A stretch of DNA of 64,000 nucleotides from Mycoplasmatota bacterium (GTDB lineage: Bacteria > Bacillota_I > Bacilli_A > Haloplasmatales > Haloplasmataceae): the NCBI GenBank assembly GCA_018394295.1, contig CP074573.1, positions 2,651,684 through 2,715,683 on the forward strand. Direction: 5' to 3'. The notes under the pieces are model-generated. The model worked only from the letters and a program-made list of their open reading frames with translations, was not told the origin of the DNA and made no database searches. Position 1 is the stretch's first letter, and each line of letters begins with the position of its first letter. The position numbers and the translations under genes are program-made. Shown here piece by piece: positions 51,387 to 61,909 of the stretch.

Positions 51387-52090
51387 CTAGGAAAAACCAT
51401 TCCAAAGCAGGGGGTCACAACTGATCCTAGAGCAACCATAAGAAGTACCAAGGCAAGGAGCCAACCTAACACGGGTACCATGGTCAATACTCCCACAAGT
51501 AGCACTCCCAACGCTAAAGCTTTGAAGCCAGGGGGTAGGTGTCCTGGTCGCTGAATCTCTTCTGAAATTCCGGGTAGAGGTACTACCCCTTAAGCAGTTT
51601 TTCATACAACACATTAGCATCACATGTTGCAATAAAGTAATCGGCTTCAAAAGATTTACTGTTACTCAAGGTTACTCTCCTCACTGAATCTCCTTCGATT
51701 TCCAGCTCCACTGCCTCACAGGAAATCTCAATATTTCCGCCCAGGGCAAGATACTTTTCTTTCATCCGCCTGGCCAGAGCCCTTGAGCCCCCTAAGGGAA
51801 TAGAAGATTGGCGTCCGGTAAAAGTTCCGAGCGAACAAATTATCGATACAGCACTGTAATCACTTTCAGTCAAGGGCTCCTACAGCATTCCACAATTCCC
51901 GGATGGGGGTTCCTTCTTTTGTCCCTACCAGCCAGTGAATGCAACCATCAATATGATATCCCTGACGATCCCAGCCAGTACATTCTCCACCTAAAGAATG
52001 GTGCTTCTCCAAAATAATGCTTTCAAAACCATTTTTTTTGACAAACATACCTGCGCTTAATCCAGCGATTCCTCCACCGATAATATCAAT
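51387..52090 (-). pseudogene. FAD-dependent oxidoreductase (CrtI/phytoene-desaturase-like) fragment with multiple frameshifts, located in a GC-rich foreign segment
   Basis: N-terminal dinucleotide-binding motif IIGGGIAGLSAG is out of frame with the ATG. Three overlapping ORF pieces. Only ~230 codons are present out of the ~490 expected for this family. Local GC ~48% vs ~27% genome. Confidence 0.55.
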
Positions 52091-52096
52091 TTATCA

Positions 52097-52672
52097 TTAC
52101 AAATTCTCCTTTCGTTTCATTTGTTGTGCTAGCATTACGTCATCTCCCACTTCCATAAGCAACTGGTCGAACTCTTGATTATCGAGCCACGAAGGCATAT
52201 GGCCGTTGGCCACCATGACTGAGAGTCCCATCTGAAAGACCCGCAATTTCAGAAACAATCGTTTACGTTCCTTAAGAGTCCAGCCTCGCATAGCTTCATC
52301 CTCAGCCATTGCCTCAAACATGGCATTCTCTATTGTTTCATAAGAAGTCATATATGGATTAGGCTGTATTGACAATTCCCGAAACAACACCGGGTACTCC
52401 TTAGCAAAAGCCAAGCTGGCTTTCCCAATCTTTTCAAACATACTTTGCCCTTTTTGCTTTGCAAACAATTCCTCCGATATAGCAAATACCTGCTGTACTA
52501 CAGCCTCTACTAAGTCATCAACAGTAGCAAAATTAACATAGATTGGAGCGACCGAACAGTTAAGCCTATTCGCTACACTTCGAGCAGTGATTCCAGAAAA
52601 GCCCTTTTCTTTAGCGACCTCCAAAGCGGCATCCAAAATAGTGTTTTTATCAAATTTTGTTTTTGGTGGCAT
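52097..52672 (-). CDS. TetR-family transcriptional regulator (GC-rich, likely horizontally acquired)
   Basis: HTH ILDAALEVAKEKGFSGITARSVANRLNCSVAPIYVNFATVDDL. GC-rich codon usage unlike neighbours. Confidence 0.8.
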   Translation of the reverse strand: MPPKTKFDKNTILDAALEVAKEKGFSGITARSVANRLNCSVAPIYVNFATVDDLVEAVVQQVFAISEELFAKQKGQSMFEKIGKASLAFAKEYPVLFRELSIQPNPYMTSYETIENAMFEAMAEDEAMRGWTLKERKRLFLKLRVFQMGLSVMVANGHMPSWLDNQEFDQLLMEVGDDVMLAQQMKRKENL

Positions 52673-53164
52673 ATTAACATCTCCTTACACCGTGTTATAT
52701 TACTTAAGTTATATAATATGGTGTAAGGAGATGTTAGTCAAGTGTAATTTGGAATTTAACTTGATATTTTTAAAGGAATATCAGAAGTGGTAAGCATAAA
52801 TATTATCTAAAACTATAAAGAAATGCTTCCAAACTTCCGATTAGTTATTATTTATATGTAACCAGCAGACGTCTATTAATAATAATTGTTAGACGAAGTC
52901 TTACCATACCTCAAATCAAAAAAGATATTATGAAGTAAAATTCATAATATCCCTTGTATTTTACGTTATATCAAAACCGCCTTACTTATGGTACGGTTCA
53001 CCGTATCATAAATAAATGAGGTTTTTATCAATTTAATTTTTATTACTATCTACTTAGATTCCTATTCTGAATCCGAAAAATATGATTCACTTTTACTATC
53101 AAAATAATTCTTTATCAAATTTTAGTCCTTTATGATTTAACACATAGTTAGTTAACAGAAATTG

Positions 53165-54181
53165 TTACAACAGCTTAATACTCGGGTTGCTAAAGTTTGC
53201 CCATGCTATATTATTGTCAATAGATCTAACCATTCTGTAAGCTATTGGCTTAAATCCACACTTAGGCCAAAAGGTTGAAGCAGAAAGGTTGCTTATTTTC
53301 CAATCTGCTATTATGCTATTATATCCCTTTTCCTTCATAATCCTGTAGCCTTCATTCATTAACTTTTTACCAACACCTCTTCCACTTTGGGAATAGTAAG
53401 TGCCCGCAATATTTAGCTCTACTCCATCATCAGGTGCCATCAAATCTGGAGTAATAGGATCATATATATGAAATCCTAATTCCTTCTTATCCTTTTCCGC
53501 AATAAGAATCGTTGAATCATTATCCTCTACTGAACTTTTATACCCAACGTTTATTTTCATTACAAGTTCAGGTATTACAGGTAAAAAAGTAGGTGCTGAA
53601 TTTAGAGATGAGAAGATTATGCTGGACATATTACCCATTCTTTCACTATCATTTTTGTTAGCAAATCTAATCTCTGCATCAGATAAATTTTCAAAAGGCT
53701 TGTAATCCTCCATATTCATTATCCCATATACATGATCAATAGAAAAGCTTAATCGTAGGAAGGCTTCATAGTACACCTGATTTCCAAGAGGTATAAATGT
53801 ATGATGGCTGAAGCAGCCTTGTTCAAGCCATACAACAGAAACCTTTGCATAAAGCTCCCTTATAAGCTCAGAGGATTGATCCATTCTGATTGCTATTCCC
53901 TCATAGGGCACCCATACATGTCTACCTCTACCCCTTAAATTGTCAATTTTTATATCACCAATTATATAACCTACTAGTTCATCATTAGCAAAAGCTCCTA
54001 TTCCAATCACTTTGCTATTAACAATCAAATTTTCAAGTAAATTAGTGATATATTTTGCATTAAGACAACTGTTCTTCAGGGATGGAAACCCCTTACTTTC
54101 AAGGTTTTGCCTGCATATTAACAACTCAGACATTGCAGGTATATCCTCAATAGTAATTGTTCTGAATTCACATTTGTTCAT
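53165..54181 (-). CDS. GNAT-family acetyltransferase (338 aa, possibly tandem GNAT folds)
   Basis: C-terminal motif RGVGKKLMNEGY. N-terminal second acyl-CoA N-acyltransferase-like region. Confidence 0.6.
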   Translation of the reverse strand: MNKCEFRTITIEDIPAMSELLICRQNLESKGFPSLKNSCLNAKYITNLLENLIVNSKVIGIGAFANDELVGYIIGDIKIDNLRGRGRHVWVPYEGIAIRMDQSSELIRELYAKVSVVWLEQGCFSHHTFIPLGNQVYYEAFLRLSFSIDHVYGIMNMEDYKPFENLSDAEIRFANKNDSERMGNMSSIIFSSLNSAPTFLPVIPELVMKINVGYKSSVEDNDSTILIAEKDKKELGFHIYDPITPDLMAPDDGVELNIAGTYYSQSGRGVGKKLMNEGYRIMKEKGYNSIIADWKISNLSASTFWPKCGFKPIAYRMVRSIDNNIAWANFSNPSIKLL

Positions 54182-54386
54182 TCCTGTACCTCCTCGATAA
54201 ATTTATATTACATGTTCTATCATAGAAAATATTATTAAATATTCAAAATAATTTTGCTAGTTGTTATGGTGTAAGATATTCATCAGCACTAAATGTAGTA
54301 AGTTTAAGCAATATTCCATCATGCTTTTCCTCCCTCTTTTATTAACCGCTTATATCTTAATCATTTTTTCTTGAAATAACAAAGTT

Positions 54387-55355
54387 TTATATCTCTAACA
54401 TCAATTTACCCATTATGCTCCAATCATATATGCCCGTTACTTGAACTGCTTTCTTTCCATTATGAGTTTTAAAAGATAGCTTAATAGGAAATGACATCAA
54501 TAGAAATTCATGATTACCTAATGGTATTAGTTTTATATTTTTAAAGAAAAAAACCTCACAGTATATATTCTCTTTGGATTCATCTAATTTAATTTTTAGC
54601 TCATGCTGCCTATCATCAATTGTAACAGAATATCTTCCACAATATTGTTGCAGAAATTCAGGTACTATCACCTTTTCATAATTATACTCTAACCCCAAAT
54701 ATTCCATTAAATCCTTCATATATTTTTCCCATAATTCATTTGAGGTGTTTATCTTAATTTTATTACCTTGGTAACGCCTGAACATAGTATCGGCAATTTC
54801 TTGGTAATTTTCCCACATATTATAAACACTATCATCGCCTTTATATTCATGCTCATTAAAATAGCCTTCTCCTTCTGCATTGAGAATAATATTTTTCCAT
54901 CTTTCTCCACGAACTTCAAATGCCGTTCTAAAGGAATCTCTTAATTCTGAACGATATAAAAATACTATAGTTGGATTAAGTTTTGAGATTATTTCCATAA
55001 CTGTATCATAAAACTTAGTTATTTTTTCTATTGAATAATTACAGTTAAAGAAATAACGTATTATATTCTGATATAGACATCCTTCCATTATAAATACATC
55101 ATCAGATTTCTCTATGTCGTCAGCTAATTTTCCCCATAAACTGTACATATATGAAACATTTTTATCCATATCTTCTTCAGAATCTATACTTGCAATACTA
55201 AACTCTTTGTCTCGTATAGGATGAGCTTTAATTTCTTCATGTAACCATCGATGTTTAATCCCATTTTGTTCATATTGATATGCTAACTTCTGTGAAGTAG
55301 TAGATTTACCAGCTCCACTTATCCCTGTGACAATAATTAATTTAGAATCTTTCAT
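54387..55355 (-). CDS. P-loop NTPase/kinase-like protein (322 aa), hypothetical
   Basis: Walker A GISGAGKST. Start codon 22 nt from the IS6-like copy C left end. Confidence 0.5.
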   Translation of the reverse strand: MKDSKLIIVTGISGAGKSTTSQKLAYQYEQNGIKHRWLHEEIKAHPIRDKEFSIASIDSEEDMDKNVSYMYSLWGKLADDIEKSDDVFIMEGCLYQNIIRYFFNCNYSIEKITKFYDTVMEIISKLNPTIVFLYRSELRDSFRTAFEVRGERWKNIILNAEGEGYFNEHEYKGDDSVYNMWENYQEIADTMFRRYQGNKIKINTSNELWEKYMKDLMEYLGLEYNYEKVIVPEFLQQYCGRYSVTIDDRQHELKIKLDESKENIYCEVFFFKNIKLIPLGNHEFLLMSFPIKLSFKTHNGKKAVQVTGIYDWSIMGKLMLEI

Positions 55356-55377
55356 ATCTTCTCCCCCATTAGATTTT

Positions 55378-56664
55378 TGGTAGTGTAAAAGTTTTTCTTA
55401 AAACCAATACAAAACCTTATATATATTTTGTTTTTATTCTATAATGAGAATCCCCCCCTGTATTTTGGAGGAGCTCGTTATATTTTTTTATCATATAAAT
55501 ACAAAAAGATAGATACCCCTGATATAATTAAGTCACCACAACCAACCATACAGGGGGTATCTATCATGGTTAAAATTATATCAGTTCTTTCAGTATTTTT
55601 AAAGTATTTAAACAAACTACTTTATAAATTTATTCTTTTTCTAGATTCGCACATTATTTCTACACATAGTTCTAAGTCATCTGGCACTTATTATGAACCT
55701 TTTAGGAAGTTCACTGTTGATGGTGAACCTATTATTCAGAAGGTTGAAAAGCTAGATTATCAAGAATTGTTTAATGTGTATTTTTTAAAGTACAATAAGC
55801 AATTAAAACCTGTTTCTAGAAGAAATCCATCAAAACTTGATTTCAAAGGAAATTGCCCTATTTGTGGTGCTCCTCATGATTACATATATGAAAATAATAT
55901 TAAATCAAAACAGTTACTTTGTAAGGTATGTAGTCATACATTTACCTTGAATAATGATTTTCTTGAAAAGATTATTTTAAAATGTCCTCATTGTTCAAAG
56001 AACCTTGAAAGAATTAAAGACCGTAATAGTTATATTATTTATAAATGTAGACATAAGAATTGTTCCTTCTATTTAGATAAATTAAAGAAATTAACACCAG
56101 ATCAATTAAAACAATTCAAAAAGAAACCAGGTAAATTTAAACTTCATTATATTTATCGTGCTTTCGATATTTACTTTGATTCCCTAGAACGTGACTCTAT
56201 ATCAAATTTAAATATGAAGGTTGATTTAGCCAATATCAGACATTCTAAGCATACTCTAGGCTTAATCTTAACGTATTACGTTAACTACGGTTTGTCGAGT
56301 AGGAAAACTGCAGCTATCATGTATGATATTCACCAAGTTAAGATTTCCCATCAAACCGTGATGAATTATGCAAAGAGTGTTTCTACAATGATTCGTCCCT
56401 TACTTGAAAATTACCCATATGATTTATCATCTGACCTTTGTGGGGATGAAACATATGTTAGGGTTAAGGGGAAGAAGCATTATATCTTCTTCTCAGATAA
56501 AATTAAAAAGATTATTACTTCTTATCAAGTTTTTAGTAAACGTGATACTTTTTCTGCAGTTGTTTCACTATATCAAACATTCAAAAAATACACTGAACTA
56601 CCTAAGAATTTGAAAGTAGTTGTGGATGGTAATCCTATTTACAACGCTGCATGGTCATACTTAT
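55378..56664 (+). mobile_element. IS6/IS26-like insertion sequence copy C, truncated at the right end
   Basis: Left IR GGTAGTGTAAAAG and left arm conserved. Similarity to the other copies stops at ~56664, inside the transposase gene. No right IR or TSD. Confidence 0.75.
55564..56664 (+). pseudogene. IS6-like transposase, 3'-truncated (ends after ...NPIYNAAWSY then unrelated sequence)
   Basis: Near-identical to copies A and B up to the truncation point. The annotated ORF 55428-56708 runs into flanking DNA. Confidence 0.75.
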
Positions 56665-56699
56665 TCTCTCAAACTCCTCCTTCTTGTCCAAATATGCTT

Positions 56700-57249
56700 C
56701 ATATATAGCCCTCTGTGCTTTTTCTCTAGCCATACAATCTGCACTTTTCTTCATGGTACATAATTCATTTGAAGATATTTCTCTTCCCTCAAGTGAATAT
56801 TGTAAGGTTTGTACAAGCATCTGATATTCATTTTGTAGCATTTGATCTTGCATCAGAAGCTCCTGTCCTTTATTAGTTCTCAAACTATCTTGAAACTGTC
56901 TTTTAATTATAATCCCATATTCTTCTGTCAACTGACTTATAAATTTCGAATTTAAAAATCCACTGCATAAATTTGCTGGTAATATGATAGAATCTGCCAC
57001 AGCAGTAAACTCCACATACTCTTTTTGATAAAACTCATCAGTTATATCACATAAAAACCTTAATTATACTAATACTGCCTGTGTGCGTACCTTACTTACA
57101 ATTTCCTCATAAGTTTCATATAAAGCCTTAACTTCCAGATAAGACTTGGCATTTTTTACTTTATCCGAAATCCCTTCTAATCTCTTAGACACCATCTCTA
57201 TATCAGGCCTCTTATACTGTAATTCCCTATATGTACATTTTTCCTGCAT
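56700..57249 (-). pseudogene. 5' fragment of an M3-family oligoendopeptidase F-like gene, truncated at the IS6-like copy C junction
   Basis: N-terminal piece MQEKCTYRELQYKRPDIEMV... and second frame-shifted piece ...EFTAVADSIILPANLCS. No catalytic HExxH region remains. Confidence 0.4.
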
Positions 57250-57607
57250 CTATTTATCTTCCTTCCACCATTAAATAAGTTTATACTTAAGTTCCATGTG
57301 TATTTTTTATTATCGTCAAACCAGCACTTTCTCCTCTAATAATATTATATACTGCAACTTCAAAATATTCAATATTATACCATTACTTCGCTTATATGTT
57401 AGCAAAACAAGTTTTGTTCACATTTTGTTAACATTCTTCTGTGAGTGTTGTGTCCAATATTTCGATAATGATGCCAATCTTTGTCCTTGCTCTAATTCTA
57501 ATACCAAACGAGCTAAGTTAATAATTGAAAAATATAAAGAAGTTACTCCTAGGAATGGTATATACTCAAAAGAAAAGTTCTATGAAGAGTTTATGAATAT
57601 GACGTAA

Positions 57608-57665
57608 AAAACCACGACAAATTGTCGTGGTTTTTATTGGTGGAGGCGAATCGAACTAAGCGAAA
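57608..57665. repeat. ~55-bp repeat R1 (hairpin CCACGAC..GTCGTGG + TTTT + TGGTGGAGGCGAA(T/C)CG(A/C)AC), copy downstream of the alkylsulfatase gene
   Basis: Shares ~45 conserved positions with 59841-59900. The hairpin, flanked by A-run and T-run, acts as a bidirectional intrinsic terminator. Confidence 0.6.
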
Positions 57666-57721
57666 TCCACCATATTTTTTTTATGATATGGTTCTCTATT
57701 TAGCTCAATTGCTGTTTTTTA

Positions 57722-59683
57722 TTATTTTTCATAATTTTTTTTCTTTGATACAGGTGTCATTATATTGAAATCCAAATCTATTTTGTCTTGCACCCATAGA
57801 AACAACTGCCACTTGCAAATATCTCCTTCTACTATTATTGCTGAACTATCTGGTCTGTTATTAGTTGTTGCTAGCTCATACAATGTATCTTTTGACATTG
57901 TAACTGTTACAGCTGCATCATCAGCAAGTTTATTGTTTAAATATCTAAATATTCCTCGTCTAATTTCAGTCGAGGCTACTTCTTTTTTATCAGGAATAAC
58001 AAAATTAATTTTATAATCAAAATCTCCAGCTTTCAATCCATCTATTCTTATACTAAACAAATACAATACATTCTCAAGTGGTAGCGTATTTAAAACCTCC
58101 TCAGTTATAAGAGAACGGTTAATTAAGATAATTCCTTGGCGTAATTCTTGTGCTCCCATTAAATATTCATTTCTCCATGGACCTGATTCTGCTATATATC
58201 CTAATTGCTCTAAAGCATCTGCACAAAGCAGTTTTGCATCTTTATTATTGGGATTAGCGTATATAACTTGTTTAGTAACCTCTGCTACCCATTGATATTC
58301 ACCCTTTTCAAAGGATTTCTTAGCCTTTTCTAAAACAGAATTCTCTCCACCCATGTATTCTATATATTTTTTTGCCGATTCCTCTGGGAGTAATTTGTTT
58401 AAATCTACAGGGTTTCCATTGTACCATCCAATATATTTTTGATAAACAGCTTTTGAGTTATGACTTACAGTTCCATAGAATGAACTATCATACCACTCAT
58501 CGCTTAAACTTTCAGGAAGTTTAACCATTCTGCCAACTTCATCTATTGTATATCCTTTATTTATCAATCTTAAAGTTTGATCGTTTATATATTGATATAA
58601 ATCCCTTTGTTTCTCCATGTAATCTATGCAGTATTCATTGCCAAATCTTGGCCAGTTGTGAACTTCAAATATTGATGTTAAATCATTCCCCCATAAGTCT
58701 ATAGCTTTTTGTATATCCTTAGCCCATGCAACTGGATCTCTAACTTCTGCCCCTCTTAAAGTATATATATTATGAAGTGTTGCAGTACAGTTTTCTGCTA
58801 TACACAAAGATTTTTCACTTGGAATATATATATCCATTTCTGCAGGAGCCTCAGTATCTTCTGTTAATAGAAACTGCATAATTAATCCATCAATTTCTTT
58901 TTCTACATACTTCTCATTTGCAATCTGAGATATTTCATAAACATTATCTGTAAAGGTTACTGTTCCTGAAGAAACATACTTACCAATACCACAGTCTATT
59001 TGACCTTTTTTATCACGTGGTAATACTTCACCATACATATACAAGCCTCTGCGAGTCATTGCAACTCCTGCATTTACATTTTCTTCTATGACTGCATCAG
59101 TAAAGCCTTTTGGCGCATATACCTTAATATTTTTTTCTGCACTACTATTTAATACTCCTAATATTCCTCCATAATGATCTACGTGGGAATGAGAACATAT
59201 TACAGCACTAATTGGTATGTCTCCAAAATATTCATTAACTAACTTTATTGCAGCTTCTGCTGTTTCTTGTGAAGTTAAACAATCTATTATAATCCAGCCT
59301 GTATTTCCTCTAACAAAACTCATATTTGCTAGATCAAAACCTCTAACCTGATATATTTTTTCTGTAACCTTAAATATACCAGAAATTAGATTCAACTTCC
59401 CTTGTTCCCAAAGTTTCGGATTAACAGTATAGGGGATTTTATCCTTTAATAAAAAATTATACCTTTCTAAATCCCATACAGGCATTAAAGCTCCTTCTAT
59501 ATATATTACAGGGAGTGGTACATCAACAACCACATTCTTTTTCGCTAATTTTTCTTCAATTTCCAATCTACCCCAGTGAATATTCTTATATATTTCTTCA
59601 TTTATTAACTTTGTTTTAAGGGTAGCATTTTTTCTTCTACCATTTAGTTCTTCGGTATTATTTTTTTTCTCTTTACAATTCAA
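57722..59683 (-). CDS. MBL-fold alkyl/aryl-sulfatase (SdsA1/BDS1-like) with C-terminal SCP2-like domain
   Basis: Metallo-beta-lactamase motif HSHVDHYGG. 653 aa, a length typical of type III alkylsulfatases. Confidence 0.75.
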   Translation of the reverse strand: MNCKEKKNNTEELNGRRKNATLKTKLINEEIYKNIHWGRLEIEEKLAKKNVVVDVPLPVIYIEGALMPVWDLERYNFLLKDKIPYTVNPKLWEQGKLNLISGIFKVTEKIYQVRGFDLANMSFVRGNTGWIIIDCLTSQETAEAAIKLVNEYFGDIPISAVICSHSHVDHYGGILGVLNSSAEKNIKVYAPKGFTDAVIEENVNAGVAMTRRGLYMYGEVLPRDKKGQIDCGIGKYVSSGTVTFTDNVYEISQIANEKYVEKEIDGLIMQFLLTEDTEAPAEMDIYIPSEKSLCIAENCTATLHNIYTLRGAEVRDPVAWAKDIQKAIDLWGNDLTSIFEVHNWPRFGNEYCIDYMEKQRDLYQYINDQTLRLINKGYTIDEVGRMVKLPESLSDEWYDSSFYGTVSHNSKAVYQKYIGWYNGNPVDLNKLLPEESAKKYIEYMGGENSVLEKAKKSFEKGEYQWVAEVTKQVIYANPNNKDAKLLCADALEQLGYIAESGPWRNEYLMGAQELRQGIILINRSLITEEVLNTLPLENVLYLFSIRIDGLKAGDFDYKINFVIPDKKEVASTEIRRGIFRYLNNKLADDAAVTVTMSKDTLYELATTNNRPDSSAIIVEGDICKWQLFLWVQDKIDLDFNIMTPVSKKKNYEK

Positions 59684-59840
59684 AGTAACACCTCCAATAT
59701 TACACTACACTTTAATTTATTCAGACTATCCGTTAAGTGTGATGTATAACAACATAAAGTAGTAAATCTACATGGATAAATATTTATCTTATATCTACTT
59801 AATGATACTTGCTACTTGTATTTATTCAAAAAAACAATAA

Positions 59841-59900
59841 AAAAACCACGACATCAAGTCGTGGTTTTCAATGGTGGAGGCGAACCGCACCTTGCTACCA
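59841..59900. repeat. ~55-bp repeat R1, copy upstream of the alkylsulfatase gene
   Basis: AAAAAACCACGACATCAAGTCGTGGTTTTCAATGGTGGAGGCGAACCGCAC, a direct repeat of 57608-57665. Confidence 0.6.
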
Positions 59901-60420
59901 TTATGTCACCCAAACTTAATAAACTCATCTCTTATTTATGATATATTTACTCTATCATCATCAAAATTTAAAAATTTCCTCAATTCTTAACTACTTTAAT
60001 CACGGCATTTTAACTTCCTATTAATAGACATAACTGAACAATTATCTAAAACTGATAATTTTACCTATTAATTGATTTCTTCAAAATAACAATTCATTAT
60101 AGTATTCTACAAACTTCTAACTATACCTTTTAAATATCAGTAAATATTCCAATATATTTATATTTTATCATCAATATATAAAATAAACATTAATTTACTA
60201 ATATACAATTTACAATACACAAAAAGACCATGAATTTTTAAGCTATAATAGCTCTCTTCATAGTCTTTCTCTACTTTATATTAAATTTGAAATAACATAT
60301 CCCCTTATACCCTATCAAATACCAACTCTTACTTTAACACCATTAATTTGCTCTTTATTCTTAAAATCATCACCTTTTGAGCTAAAGTTAAAAAGCTGGT
60401 AAAGTGCGCGAATTCAACGT

Positions 60421-61794
60421 TTACAAGGTATCTTTGCGTTGTATTCCTATTACACATTCCACATGCATCGTATGTGGGAACATATCAACTGGTTGTACCT
60501 CAATAATCTTATAATTATTTTCATTTAATATCTTTAAATCTCTTGCTAAGGTTGCTGGGTCACATGATACATAAACTATTCTTGGTATTTCCATTTCAAT
60601 TATAGTCTCTAGTAGTTTCTTATCGCACCCTTTTCTTGGTGGGTCTACAACAATCACATCTGGTTTAATGTTATCCTCTTGCCAGTTTTTTATGATTTCT
60701 TCTGCCTTACCTGCTTCATAATGGGCATTAGTGAAATTATTTAACTTCGCATTTAATTTCGCATTTTCAATCGCATCTGGTATGATTTCTACCCCGTATA
60801 TCGCTTTCGCTTGTTTCGATAAATATAGTCCAATTGTTCCAATTCCACAATAAGCATCTATTATATATTCATTTCCTGTTAGATTAGCATATTCTAAGAC
60901 TTTATCATATAACTTTTTAGTTTGAACTGGATTTACTTGATAAAATGAACGTGATGATATCGCAAACTTCACATCCCCTATATAATCATAAATATAAGGT
61001 TTTCCATAAAGAACAACAGTTTTTTCTCCCATAATGGTATTTGTCTTACTTTTATTAATATTTTGAATAATTGATTTAATTAGAGGAAATTTTGTGATTA
61101 AGTCATTAATAACCTCTTCTTTATTTTTTAGATTCTCTTCCTTTGTTACTAAGGTAACCATATATTCATCTGTTATATATCCTTTTCTTACAATCACATG
61201 GCGTAGAATCCCGCTATGTGATTCTTCATTATAAGGAGTAATATTATACCTTTTAGAAATAACCTTCATATAATTAATGATTTCATCCGTTACTTTATCT
61301 TGAATATCACAACTTGTCATATCGATAATCTCATGGGTGTTTTCTTTATAAAATCCCGCTACAACATTACCATTACTTAAACCAAATGGTACTTGTGTCT
61401 TATTACGATACTTCCAACTATCATCCATTCCTATACAATCATGGACATTAATATCAATTTTCCCAATTCGCTTTAAAGTCTCTTGAACCATATCTTTTTT
61501 TATAGTTAATTGCCCATTATAAGAAAGATGTTGAATACTACATCCACCACACTGATTATATATTGGGCAATTTGGCTCTACTCTGTCCTCACTTTTTTTA
61601 TACATTTGCAATACTTTACCAATCGCAAAATTCTTTTTTATCGCAATGATTTTGACAGATATCGATTCCCCGGGTAATGAATTTTTGATAAATATCGGAA
61701 AATTATTAACTTTTGCGACACCTAATCCTTGATGTGTCATTCCTGTTATTTCAACATCATATAGTCTATTCTTTTCTACTGGCCTACTAGTCAT
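60421..61794 (-). CDS. rlmD: 23S rRNA (uracil-C5)-methyltransferase RlmD/RumA family (TRAM + 4Fe-4S + SAM-MTase)
   Basis: N-terminal TRAM domain, Cys cluster CPIYNQCGGCSIQH, class I MTase motif DAYCGIGTIG and catalytic DPPRKGC. Confidence 0.85.
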   Translation of the reverse strand: MTSRPVEKNRLYDVEITGMTHQGLGVAKVNNFPIFIKNSLPGESISVKIIAIKKNFAIGKVLQMYKKSEDRVEPNCPIYNQCGGCSIQHLSYNGQLTIKKDMVQETLKRIGKIDINVHDCIGMDDSWKYRNKTQVPFGLSNGNVVAGFYKENTHEIIDMTSCDIQDKVTDEIINYMKVISKRYNITPYNEESHSGILRHVIVRKGYITDEYMVTLVTKEENLKNKEEVINDLITKFPLIKSIIQNINKSKTNTIMGEKTVVLYGKPYIYDYIGDVKFAISSRSFYQVNPVQTKKLYDKVLEYANLTGNEYIIDAYCGIGTIGLYLSKQAKAIYGVEIIPDAIENAKLNAKLNNFTNAHYEAGKAEEIIKNWQEDNIKPDVIVVDPPRKGCDKKLLETIIEMEIPRIVYVSCDPATLARDLKILNENNYKIIEVQPVDMFPHTMHVECVIGIQRKDTL

Positions 61795-61870
61795 TTATTA
61801 ATACACCTTCTTTTTCATCATACCCTTATTTTACCTTAATCTAATGTTTTTTAGTAGTAAAAAAACAAAT

Positions 61871-61890
61871 AAACTGGTATACACCAGTTT
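61871..61890 (-). terminator. rho-independent terminator after the DUF89 gene
   Basis: AAACTGGT-atac-ACCAGTTT hairpin followed by a T-run on the minus strand. Confidence 0.5.
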
Positions 61891-61909
61891 ATCTAATAAA
61901 TCAAACTTG

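Noticed and set aside
57296-57607. 103-aa plus-strand ORF downstream of the pepF-like fragment
   Set aside because: N-terminal two-thirds is low-complexity (Phe/Ile/Asn-rich) with no RBS. Probably non-coding, although the C-terminal 40 aa could be a remnant.
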